NCBI GenBank assembly: GCA_963786955.1 | Contig: CAWBAT010000005.1 | Location: 1,164,127-1,228,126, forward strand | DNA length: 64,000 bases | Direction of reading: 5' to 3' | From: an uncultured Acidimicrobiia bacterium | GTDB taxonomy: Bacteria; Acidobacteriota; Terriglobia; Versatilivoradales; Versatilivoraceae | Program-made: the position numbers and the translations under genes | The notes under the pieces: model-generated | What the model saw: only the letters and a program-made list of their open reading frames with translations | The model's database searches: none | What the model was told of the DNA's origin: nothing | Shown here: in pieces, positions 28,330 to 37,135 of the stretch | Layout of the letters: each line of letters starts with the position of its first letter | Numbering within the stretch: the stretch's first letter is position 1

Positions 28330-29910
28330 TTAATGAATTCTCAGGACCAGTTCGTCCTTCTTCCGGTAAGAAGCTTGGCAGCTGACACATTCAGCCTGAT
28401 CCGCCGGGGGATGAAATCGAATGCGTTCACCGCATTCACACATCCATCCTACCGGTCTGGCGGGATTGCCAATGACTAGAGCATAGTCGGGAACATCTTT
28501 AGTCACGACCGCTCCCGCCCCCACAAACGAATAACGCCCGATGGTGTGTCCACATAGAATCGTTGCGTTGGCGCCAATGGTGGCTCCCTTCGCAACCCTA
28601 GTTTTCTGATAGGCGTGGCGCCGGTTCACGTGACTTCTCGGAGTGCCGACGTTTGTGAACACCATTGATGGACCCAGAAACACGTTATCCTCACAAATGA
28701 CTCCTGTATAGACAGAAACATTATTCTGAACCTTTACATTTTCCCCCAAGATACAATGCGGTGAAATAACTACATTTTGCCCGATCGTACAGTTTCTTCC
28801 GATCTCGCAATCCCTCATGATGTGAGAGTAGTGCCAGATTTTTGTACCACTCCCTATCTTGCAAGGCGAATCCACCGTTGTCGTCGGATGAACAAAATAG
28901 TCTGGTTCTGCCTCCCCTGGTAATCCCATATTTGTTTCGATAGGCGTGCCATTTTGCTCCAGGGAATGCTGACAGGCCGTGAGAATGCGGAGAACTTTCA
29001 GCCCTTCTTCACCATCGGTTAATGGGGAACGGCGGGACTGAAGACACTCCAGGAAATGGAGACATTCCGCTTTCAAGGGTTCCTCGTTTACGTATTCAAC
29101 CGGTATCCCGAGAGCCTTTTCAGATACCGGTTGACGCTTCACCCAGTGGATGACGTGTGGATAGATCAGAAGCTTGTGGTCGGGGGAAAGATCGTCGAAT
29201 ACCGCCATCTGTCGCTCACCGACTACGACCAACTTCTGTTCCTTAAAAGGGTGGAGCCAGCTCACGAAAATGTGGGCATTCGTGCCGCTCTTGAATTGAA
29301 AGTAGCTGACTGTCACGTCCGCGATCGATTTGTGCAAAAAATTCCCGCCAGAGGATGAGACCCGCACGGGCAATTCATCCAATAATCCCAAGATTACCGA
29401 GATGTCATGAGGTGCAAAACTCCATAAGATGTTTTCTTCCGTTCGGATTTTTCCGAAATTCAGCCGGTTCGAATATACATAACTGATCTTGCCCAGTTCT
29501 CCTTGCTGGATGAGCTCCTTAAGCTTTCTTAGGGCGGGGTGATACTGAAGCAAATGTCCGACCATCAGTAAACGATTTTGCCGGGCGGCCAGAGCTACCA
29601 ACTGCTTCCCCTCATCTACATTCAGCGCCAAAGGTTTCTCCACGAACACATCTTTACCTGCCAGGAGGCACTCTTTGGCGAGCCGAAAATGCGTTTCCGC
29701 AGGTGTGGCGATCACAACTCCGCCAATCTCGGGATCCATTGTCAGTTCGTGGAGTAATGAAGTGAAAGAGATCTTTGGGTATTGTTGTTTGAGGTTTGTG
29801 AGGATGTCTTCCTGGACTTCACAGACCTTCCCCAATGCACCCAATTCTGACCAAACCCGCAAGTGGTGTTTGCCCCACGCTCCCGCTCCGATCAGACCAA
29901 TTTTCATCAT
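28330..29910 (-). CDS. fusion protein: Gfo/Idh/MocA NAD-oxidoreductase (WbpB-like) plus left-handed beta-helix N-acetyltransferase (WbpD-like)
   Basis: The N-terminal ~320 aa begin with the [15 protein letters not shown] Rossmann motif. From roughly residue 335 onward there are hexapeptide repeats ([31 protein letters not shown]...) and the terminal [10 protein letters not shown]...CVSCQ zinc-ribbon-like tail. Confidence 0.8.
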   Translation of the reverse strand: MMKIGLIGAGAWGKHHLRVWSELGALGKVCEVQEDILTNLKQQYPKISFTSLLHELTMDPEIGGVVIATPAETHFRLAKECLLAGKDVFVEKPLALNVDEGKQLVALAARQNRLLMVGHLLQYHPALRKLKELIQQGELGKISYVYSNRLNFGKIRTEENILWSFAPHDISVILGLLDELPVRVSSSGGNFLHKSIADVTVSYFQFKSGTNAHIFVSWLHPFKEQKLVVVGERQMAVFDDLSPDHKLLIYPHVIHWVKRQPVSEKALGIPVEYVNEEPLKAECLHFLECLQSRRSPLTDGEEGLKVLRILTACQHSLEQNGTPIETNMGLPGEAEPDYFVHPTTTVDSPCKIGSGTKIWHYSHIMRDCEIGRNCTIGQNVVISPHCILGENVKVQNNVSVYTGVICEDNVFLGPSMVFTNVGTPRSHVNRRHAYQKTRVAKGATIGANATILCGHTIGRYSFVGAGAVVTKDVPDYALVIGNPARPVGWMCECGERIRFHPPADQAECVSCQASYRKKDELVLRIH

Positions 29911-30154
29911 CCCTCACTAATGATTTTTTCTGCGTTCGATACCTGACTGGATAAATCTTTACAATTGCGGATCACATTAGCATATTCTTGAGCGGGCCTT
30001 CCGGCATAAGAAATTCGGGTCAAATTTATTTTGAAATCCGTTGTTGGTGTCGTCAATTTTTGCTAACGTGGCTTTCTGAGAATCACTGGACCGAGTGACA
30101 TGGAAAAAATTCTATTCTGCCAGGGTGAAGGGGTCAACTTTTTACTCCAAATAT

Positions 30155-30709
30155 ATGAAAAATCGAATGTTACTTAGCCTATGGCTGACTGCATGGATTC
30201 TCGGAGTGCTTCTTGCCTCGGGTTCTTTGCCGATCCTTCAGGCTCAAGACCAGCTTGAACCTAAACGTCAGGCCGAACCGTTCATTCTTCCGACTTGGGA
30301 TGGAAAAGTTCTCAAGTCGAGCCAGCTCAAAGGCCAAGTCATCATGCTTGAGTTTTTCCAAACCAGCTGCCCCGGCTGCCAGGAAGACGCCCCAGAGCTC
30401 GAACGACTCTACAAACAGTACAAGAAAAGGGGATTCATGGTTGTCGGCGTTTCGCATGATAGAGCAGGAGCTAAGGTAGTTGGGCCTTTCGTCACTAAAT
30501 ACAATCTCACCTACCCTGTTGTGATTGGAGATTTGTCGATTGCGGTCAGCTACATCGGGATTACGCCTTCCAATCCCAGTTTTCGCATCCCCTACATTGT
30601 GCTCATCGACCGAAAAGGCTTTATCGTCGGGCAGTTTGAGCAAGGAAAGGATAAGGAAGCTACGGATCCAAAACTTCTTGAAGCCCTCATCCAAAAACTC
30701 CTTGAATAA
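30155..30709 (+). CDS. TlpA/ResA-like periplasmic thiol:disulfide oxidoreductase
   Basis: ORF 30095..30709. The ATG at 30155 gives the signal peptide MKNRMLLSLWLTAWILGVLLASG. Thioredoxin motif SCPGC. Confidence 0.75.
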   Translation: MKNRMLLSLWLTAWILGVLLASGSLPILQAQDQLEPKRQAEPFILPTWDGKVLKSSQLKGQVIMLEFFQTSCPGCQEDAPELERLYKQYKKRGFMVVGVSHDRAGAKVVGPFVTKYNLTYPVVIGDLSIAVSYIGITPSNPSFRIPYIVLIDRKGFIVGQFEQGKDKEATDPKLLEALIQKLLE

Positions 30710-30931
30710 ATCCCGGACTAAGGGTTAAGAGATCTCTCAATCAAGCATTCTTGGCTTATTCACGGGTTGCTTGAAGAGATGACGATGGACTTGCTTTAAA
30801 ACAATCTTTATGAATCTTGATATCGAGCCCTTTTTCTGCTTCATTCACCCAATACCGAGACATCTGGACTCTCGACGCGCCGTGGGTTACCCTGTCTGAT
30901 AGATCCAGCCTTGGCATTAGGAGGACTACTC

Positions 30932-31309
30932 ATGCGCGCGCGCTATTCGTTACCTTCATGTTTCTTCACACCGCTCGCCAAACGCATGTTACTCGCGGTT
31001 ACTTTGGGTTTGACGGTGATTGCAACATCCTCTTCCACTCCATCTCAGGATCATCAGCCTGTCCAAGACGATAAGGATCGTACCGTCACCTGTGTCTTCG
31101 TGAATCCGGGCTATTCCGGTTCCTGTACCGAGACAGCCCAAGCGCCTTCACGCCAACCCGCGCCAGAGGCTTGTGAGCCAATTCTTACTTGTCTCAACAA
31201 CCCTCAATGCATGAAAACATATTGCGGAGCGACCACAGTTCGTTCCGGTTGGACTCTCGAATCCGCTACCGATTCACAGTCCTCACGTTCATCCACGTTC
31301 AAGAGGTAG
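30932..31309 (+). CDS. small secreted cysteine-rich hypothetical protein
   Basis: The ATG at 30932 is preceded by AGGAGGA. A signal/anchor segment is followed by a mature part with six Cys (VTC, GSC, EAC, LTC, PQC, TYC). No family recognised. Confidence 0.4.
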   Translation: MRARYSLPSCFFTPLAKRMLLAVTLGLTVIATSSSTPSQDHQPVQDDKDRTVTCVFVNPGYSGSCTETAQAPSRQPAPEACEPILTCLNNPQCMKTYCGATTVRSGWTLESATDSQSSRSSTFKR

Positions 31310-31457
31310 ATCCATAGAATGTAGAAAAGAACGCATGTTTCCTTGTCAAAGTGTGTGAAGATGCGAAATTGAAGGAAAGTCGGATCCTCTAAACCAAGGG
31401 GTTTTGTTGTTCACGGAGGGACAATTGGGCCTTCGTCGATGTTTTAGTCTCTCCAGC

Positions 31458-31477
31458 GAAGGGATTTGCATCCCTTC
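31458..31477 (+). terminator. 8-bp perfect hairpin downstream of the Cys-rich ORF (weak terminator candidate)
   Basis: GAAGGGAT-TTGC-ATCCCTTC, followed by ATTTCATCTC. The U-tract is poor. Confidence 0.3.
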
Positions 31478-31513
31478 ATTTCATCTCGCCACTCCGAGGG
31501 AGGTCTATTCTGC

Positions 31514-31543
31514 TTGACACTGATTTGACGCGGTTGCTAGACT
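31514..31543 (+). promoter_or_regulatory. sigma70-like promoter candidate for the TPR-YHS-gdhA unit
   Basis: TTGACA (31514-31519), an 18-nt spacer, then TAGACT (31538-31543). It lies 50 nt upstream of the TTG start at 31593. Confidence 0.35.
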
Positions 31544-31592
31544 TTTTCAGCCAATTGAGGCGAAATTCGACCGGCCAAAAGGCGGTTTTAAT

Positions 31593-32243
31593 TTGAGAAA
31601 AGATACAGCGTGGGTAGCCTCGATCTGCCTTATATTGGGTGGCCTGATTGGTTACCTCCTCGGTGTCCAGATCACTTCGCAGGAACTCCGCCGTTCACCC
31701 TCCACACAGGCTGTGAATCAGGCATCGGAAGCTCCTTCGGCAGCCCCAGCGGGGGGGGTACCGGAAGGACATCCCCCCATTGTCACGCAGTCTGACCTTG
31801 AGACGCTCAAGAAAGCAGTCGAAGCCACCCCTAAGAACGCAATTTTGCTCACAGAGCTTGCCAATAAGCTTTATGATGCGGGACGGTATCAAGAGGCTGT
31901 CGGGTACTACCAGCAAGCCGTAAAGCTCGATCCGAACAATGTGAATGTGATTACTGATTATGGGACGGCGCTCTACTACTCTGGAAAACCCGAAGAGGCG
32001 ATCGCCCAATACAGCCGTTCACTCGAAATCGACCCTCGCCACATCCAATCACTGCACAACCTGGTCATCGTCAATTTGCAGGGCAAGAAAGATATCGCAG
32101 CGGCGACGGCCGCATTGAATCGACTCAAGGGCATAGAGCCTAATAATCCTTCAATACCGGAATTGGAACGCATGATCAATTCGGGCAATTCCGCTGGACA
32201 GTCCCCTCCTGCCGGAAGCAACCCACGACAGCGAATCTTCTAA
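31593..32243 (+). CDS. membrane-anchored TPR-repeat protein
   Basis: N-terminal TM helix (VASICLILGGLIGYLLG). Three or more TPR-like repeats (YDAGRYQEAVGYYQQAVKLDPNNVNV..., GKPEEAIAQYSRSLEIDPRH...). Confidence 0.7.
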   Translation: MRKDTAWVASICLILGGLIGYLLGVQITSQELRRSPSTQAVNQASEAPSAAPAGGVPEGHPPIVTQSDLETLKKAVEATPKNAILLTELANKLYDAGRYQEAVGYYQQAVKLDPNNVNVITDYGTALYYSGKPEEAIAQYSRSLEIDPRHIQSLHNLVIVNLQGKKDIAAATAALNRLKGIEPNNPSIPELERMINSGNSAGQSPPAGSNPRQRIF

Positions 32244-32246
32244 TCA

Positions 32247-32510
32247 ATGAGATTTCTATTCCCCCTTCTTTTTTTCTTGCTCATTTTTTATGTGATCCGG
32301 TCTATCCTTCAAGGATTCACCGAGGGGACTCGGGCTTCAACCTCGAAAAAAGAATCTGGCAAGCCTGGCGTCAAGATGGGAAGGATGGAAAAAGACCCTG
32401 TGTGTGGGATGTATGTCGATGTGGCTACATCAGTCGCAGCCACCTTTGAGGGGGCGACTAAGTACTTTTGTTCGACTGAGTGTCTGAACAAATACAAGAA
32501 AGCCGTTTGA
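32247..32510 (+). CDS. membrane-anchored YHS/TRASH-domain protein
   Basis: N-terminal TM helix, then the DPVCGMYVD...KYFCSTECLNKY YHS-type metal-binding pattern. Confidence 0.7.
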   Translation: MRFLFPLLFFLLIFYVIRSILQGFTEGTRASTSKKESGKPGVKMGRMEKDPVCGMYVDVATSVAATFEGATKYFCSTECLNKYKKAV

Positions 32511-32546
32511 ACTCGATTTTGATTCACAGTCTTTGGAGGATCCTTC

Positions 32547-33796
32547 GTGAAAGAAACTCAAAATCTGTACGAGATTGCGAAAATGCGATTTGAAATGGCA
32601 GCCGATGCCATGAAACTCCCTTCTGATTTAAGAGAGGTGATGCTCCATTCCAAACGCCAACTCATTGTTTCCCTGCCGGTGCGGATGGACAATGGAACGA
32701 TCCGAGTGTTTGAAGGTTACCGGGTCCAACACAATATTGCACGCGGTCCCGCTAAAGGTGGCATTCGCTACCACCCCAGCGTGACCCTCGACCAGATCAA
32801 AGCTCTCGCTCAACTGATGACGTGGAAATGCGCGACGGTCAATATCCCTTATGGGGGTGGAAAAGGCGGGGTCATCTGCGACCCGAAAACCATGTCTCAG
32901 GGCGAGTTGGAGCGGCTGACCCGAAGATATGCCTCGGAGATTCTGCTCTTGATTGGCCCTGACAGGGATATCCCGGCGCCTGATATCAACACCGATTCTC
33001 AGACCATGGCGTGGATTATGGATACCTATTCCATGACCGTGGGCCATTCGATGCTGGGAGTCGTCACCGGCAAGCCGGTCGCTCTGGGCGGTTCTAAGGG
33101 TCGCGAAGAAGCTACCGCCAGAGGATGCTGGTATGCCATCCGAGAAGCTTGCAAAGTTAAGAACATTCATCTCAATAACGCAATCGTGGCAATCCAGGGG
33201 TTTGGCAGTGTGGGAACGACGACGGCGCGACTACTCCATGAAGATGGAGCTAAGATCATTGCCTTGAGCGATTCCCGAGGAGGTGTGCTCAACTTAAAGG
33301 GAATCGACATGAAAGCCGCTCTGGAACATAAGCGGAAAACAGGCCGGCTTGAGAGCCTAAAAGGCACAACTGCAATCTCCAACGCGGAATTGTTGGAGTT
33401 GAAGTGCGACATCCTTGTTCCAGCCGCAATGGAGAACCAGATCACCTCAGAAAACGCTTCTAAGGTGAAAGCTACGATCCTGGCGGAGGCTGCCAATGCG
33501 ACGACTACTCCTGCGGCGGATGAGGTCTTGATCAGGAACGGCACTTACCTGATTCCTGACATTCTGTGTAATTCAGGCGGCGTCATCGTGTCCTATTTTG
33601 AGTGGGTGCAAGACCTGCAGGGGCTTTTCTGGTCTGAAGGAGAAGTCAACAACCAGTTGGAAAAAATCATGATTCGGAGCTTCCAGGAAGTCCACGACAT
33701 TTCCCAGAAAAGAAGAAGGACATGCGGGTGGCGGCTTATGTCCTGGCCGTAGGCCGAGTGGCTGATGCGACAAACGCGCGAGGGCTCTTTCCCTAA
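32547..33796 (+). pseudogene. gdhA: glutamate dehydrogenase (Glu/Leu/Phe/Val dehydrogenase family), one frameshift near the 3' end as read
   Basis: GPAKGGIRYHPSVTLDQIKALAQLMTWKCATVNIPYGGGKGGV is present. ORF 32547..33752 ends in nonsense (RRRTCGWRLMSWP). The family-typical C-terminus MRVAAYVLAVGRVADATNARGLFP* is read from 33722 in another frame. One extra A in the A4 run at 33708-33711 would restore the frame. Confidence 0.85.
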
Positions 33797-33906
33797 GAAT
33801 TGACACAATCCGTTCGATCTCTGGGACCCGGCCCCGACTTTATTCCCGCGAAATGGAAATTGGTTTTGCAGAACCCGCCAGCAGAGGCGGTCTTAATGAT
33901 ACCGCC

Positions 33907-35196
33907 CTACCTTACTGGCGGAGCCTGATACACGACTTTACCGGCCATGATGGTGGCTGTCACTCTTCCCTTGAGTTTTGTCCCATGAAAAGGTGAATTC
34001 CGGCTTTTTGACCGTGTCTGATTCACATCGTATACCCATTCGTGATCCAGCCCAAAAACCGTCACGTCTGCTTCGGCCCCTACTTTGAGAGTGCCAAGCG
34101 ACTTATTGATAATCTTTGCTGGATTGGTGGAGAAGAGTTCTACCAACCGTTTTAAGCTAATTTTTCCTGTGTGATAGAGTTGGGTAAGGGCAAGACTGAG
34201 TGCTGTCTCCAAGCCAATAATCCCGAACGGCGCGCAATCAAATTCCAGCATTTTTTCGTTCGGATTATGGGGGGCGTGGTCGGTTGCAAGACAGTCCACG
34301 GTTCCATCGGCAATCCCCTCCACAAGTGCTTCGATATCCTTCTCAGTTCGCAAGGGAGGATTCATTTTTGTATTCGTGTCGTAACCGCAACAGGCGGCAT
34401 CAGCCAGCGTGAAGTGATGGGGAGTGACCTCGCAGGTGACATCAATTCCTTTTTGTTTGGCGGCACGTACTAGCTCGAGTGCACCTTGGGTAGAAAGGTG
34501 AGCAATGTGGATATGCGCGCCCGTCAATTCTGCAAGCAAAATGTCACGGCTCGCCATCGCATCTTCGGCCGTGCGACTGATTCCTTTTAGGCCCAAGACG
34601 GTCGAGTAGTAGCCCTCATTCATGGAACCCTTTGCGGAAAGGTGCAAATCTTCACAGTGCTCAATGACCGGGATTTTAAAGGGTAAAGAATATTCCATCG
34701 CACGACGCATCAATTGTCCGTTCATGACCGGCTTTCCGTCGTCGCTGATGCCGACGGCCCCGGCACTCACCATCTCCCCAATCTCGGCCAGTCGCTCACC
34801 GGCACTTCCCATGCTGATGGCGCCGATCGGAAAGACGCGGGTTACGGCCCTTCGTTGTGCTTCTTCACAAATGTATTTGGTCACGGTGGGACTATCGTTG
34901 ATGGGGTTGGTATTTGGCATGCAACAGATGGTCGTAAATCCTCCTGCGGCAGCTGTCCGGGATCCGCTCTCTATGGTTTCTTCGTCTTCCCGTCCGGGCT
35001 CTCGCAAGTGCACGTGGAGATCAATAAAGCCAGGTGAGACGATGAGTCCCGTCGCGTCAATGATCTGATCGGCGGAGGCTTTGAGGTTTTGTCCAACCTT
35101 GCTGATTCTTCCGTCATCAATGAACAAGTCACTGACAGCGTCTAATCCCGAGGCGGGGTCCACTATTCTTCCATTTTTGATCAGTAGCGAATTCAA
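33907..35196 (-). CDS. pyrC: dihydroorotase
   Basis: 429-aa ORF. GFIDLHVHLREPG and the remaining amidohydrolase metal-ligand blocks are present. It follows pyrB. Confidence 0.9.
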   Translation of the reverse strand: MNSLLIKNGRIVDPASGLDAVSDLFIDDGRISKVGQNLKASADQIIDATGLIVSPGFIDLHVHLREPGREDEETIESGSRTAAAGGFTTICCMPNTNPINDSPTVTKYICEEAQRRAVTRVFPIGAISMGSAGERLAEIGEMVSAGAVGISDDGKPVMNGQLMRRAMEYSLPFKIPVIEHCEDLHLSAKGSMNEGYYSTVLGLKGISRTAEDAMASRDILLAELTGAHIHIAHLSTQGALELVRAAKQKGIDVTCEVTPHHFTLADAACCGYDTNTKMNPPLRTEKDIEALVEGIADGTVDCLATDHAPHNPNEKMLEFDCAPFGIIGLETALSLALTQLYHTGKISLKRLVELFSTNPAKIINKSLGTLKVGAEADVTVFGLDHEWVYDVNQTRSKSRNSPFHGTKLKGRVTATIMAGKVVYQAPPVR

Positions 35197-35199
35197 AGC

Positions 35200-36186
35200 T
35201 TAAGAGTCCTCCTTTGTCTCCCCGGTTAAGAGGAACAAAACAGCCATTCTTACGGCGACGCCGCTAGTAACCTGGTTCATAATGACTGAATATTGCCCGT
35301 CGGCTACGTTTGAGTCAATTTCGACCCCCCGATTGATCGGGCCCGGGTGCATGATGATTGCGTCAGGCCTCGCCGCTTTCATGCGATTCGCACTTAAACC
35401 GTAATAACGGAAATACTCCCGAACAGAGGGAAAGAAAGCCTCCTGTTGCCGTTCTAATTGAATGCGCAGCATCATGACCACATCGGCATCCCGAAGGGCT
35501 TCATCCATATCGAGTGTCACTTTCAGACTCCCGAGGTTTTCAGTTTTCGCTCCAGAGAGGGATTCACGACCGATTTCATCCAGCATCCGTTCAAACTTAA
35601 GAGGGATCAGAGTCGGAGGCCCGCACACGGTAATGTGCGCACCCATTTTCCCTAACAAGAGGCAATTCGACCGGGCGACGCGACTATGGGTAATGTCTCC
35701 GATGATAGCCACCCGGAGATCTCGTAAGGATTTCTTATGATCGAGAATCGTGAGCGCATCCAGCAATGCCTGGGTGGGATGTTCATGGGAGCCATCCCCA
35801 GCATTCACAATCGAAGCACTGCAGACTTTGGCCAATTGATGGGGTGCCCCTGAAGAAGAGTGTCGGATCACAATGACGTCCGGTGCCATAGCCTGCAAGT
35901 TCTTGGCAGTATCGATCAGAGTTTCACCCTTCACCACACTGCTCGTCGAAACAGAGATATTGATGACATCAGCACTGAGTCGTTTTCCCGCAATTTCAAA
36001 GGATGTTCGAGTTCGGGTAGACGCCTCAAAGAAAAGATTGACGATGGTCTTTCCCCGCAAGGTGGGGACTTTCTTAATAGGCCGAGTCGAGATCTCCCGG
36101 AGAGACTGGGCTGTCTTGAGGATGAGCTCGATTTGCTCTGGAGAGACTCCCTGAATTCCAAGCAGATGTTTCAAGCCTAAAGCCAC
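35200..36186 (-). CDS. pyrB: aspartate carbamoyltransferase catalytic subunit
   Basis: [21 protein letters not shown] and HPGPINRG motifs. Confidence 0.92.
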   Translation of the reverse strand: MALGLKHLLGIQGVSPEQIELILKTAQSLREISTRPIKKVPTLRGKTIVNLFFEASTRTRTSFEIAGKRLSADVINISVSTSSVVKGETLIDTAKNLQAMAPDVIVIRHSSSGAPHQLAKVCSASIVNAGDGSHEHPTQALLDALTILDHKKSLRDLRVAIIGDITHSRVARSNCLLLGKMGAHITVCGPPTLIPLKFERMLDEIGRESLSGAKTENLGSLKVTLDMDEALRDADVVMMLRIQLERQQEAFFPSVREYFRYYGLSANRMKAARPDAIIMHPGPINRGVEIDSNVADGQYSVIMNQVTSGVAVRMAVLFLLTGETKEDS

Positions 36187-36267
36187 ACAGGCACCTCGAT
36201 CTTGTTGCGACTTAAAGTGATTTGGAATGGCATGATTGAATGGCTCTGCAACGGACTGCGTTTAAGG

Positions 36268-36813
36268 TTAATTCTTTTCCACCAATAAGACCTGATCCAG
36301 TTGATCGATCTCACGAAGCCGAACTTCCACCATTTCGTCCTCTGTTGTCTGAATGCATTTGCCGATGAAATTAGCTTCAATTGGCAATTCACGCAGGCCA
36401 CGATCGATAAGGACGCAGAGCTGAATCCCCTTGGGCCGACCAAAATCCAGCAGGGCATCCATGGCGGCGCGAATGGTCCGGCCCGTATAGAGTACGTCGT
36501 CGACCAGAACGATCACGTTCTCGGAGATCGGAAAGTTGATTTCCGTCTTCTGGATGACCGGCTGATTTGCCACTGTAGAAAGGTCGTCTCGATAGAGATT
36601 GATGTCCAGATAACCGACCGGTACCTGAAATTTCTCACGCTCGGAGATACATTGAGCCAGGCGATCGGCCAATGGAACACCCCGCCGGCGAATGCCGACC
36701 AGAGCGAGATGACTTGTGCCCCGATTGCGCTCGATAAGTTCATATGCCAGCCGATTGACGGCCCGCTCGATGTCGGTGGCATTCATGACTTGAGCTTTCT
36801 CACGGATACTCAT
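36268..36813 (-). CDS. pyrR: bifunctional pyr operon regulator / uracil phosphoribosyltransferase PyrR
   Basis: 181-aa ORF. The PRTase motif VIVLVDDVLYTGRTIRAA is present, and it heads pyrB-pyrC. The start may be ATG 36813 or ATG 36786. Confidence 0.85.
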   Translation of the reverse strand: MSIREKAQVMNATDIERAVNRLAYELIERNRGTSHLALVGIRRRGVPLADRLAQCISEREKFQVPVGYLDINLYRDDLSTVANQPVIQKTEINFPISENVIVLVDDVLYTGRTIRAAMDALLDFGRPKGIQLCVLIDRGLRELPIEANFIGKCIQTTEDEMVEVRLREIDQLDQVLLVEKN

Positions 36814-37135
36814 GAGCTTTGCAGGGTGAGACGACTGAGTTGGTCCCCATCATTAAGGAGGGAACCAGAGTTGAGATGAGTAACTGACTGTTCTATCTTG
36901 CAGGAGGTGCAAGATAAGTGTCTAAAACCGGTTTCATAGTAGCACAATGCGTCTGCATGTCAAAGAGCCCTCAAAAATGGAAAAATGAGAAGTAAGGTAG
37001 AGAATTGTCGATGGGTTTCATATGAGCGAAGGACTCCTCTCTTGGGATAGTTGTTCCTCAGTTTTTGTGCGCGATATGGTATTTTATGATCGCATCGAAG
37101 AAAGGATACACATCAATCCCGTGGGTGAACGCAGA

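Noticed and set aside
33797-33906. CCGCC-agcaga-GGCGG hairpin between the convergent gdhA and pyrC ends, considered as a bidirectional terminator.
   Set aside because: The stem is only 5-6 bp and there is no U-tract on either strand. It is too weak to call.
36242-36258. A PyrR-binding attenuator was sought in the pyrR leader and the pyrR-pyrB spacer. The loose match is AGUCCGUUGCAGAGCC on the minus strand. There is also an 8-bp hairpin at 36841-36867 in the pyrR leader.
   Set aside because: The conserved PyrR box (ARUCCAGAGAGGYU) is not matched. No terminator/antiterminator alternative with a U-tract could be drawn. The hairpin alone is not diagnostic.
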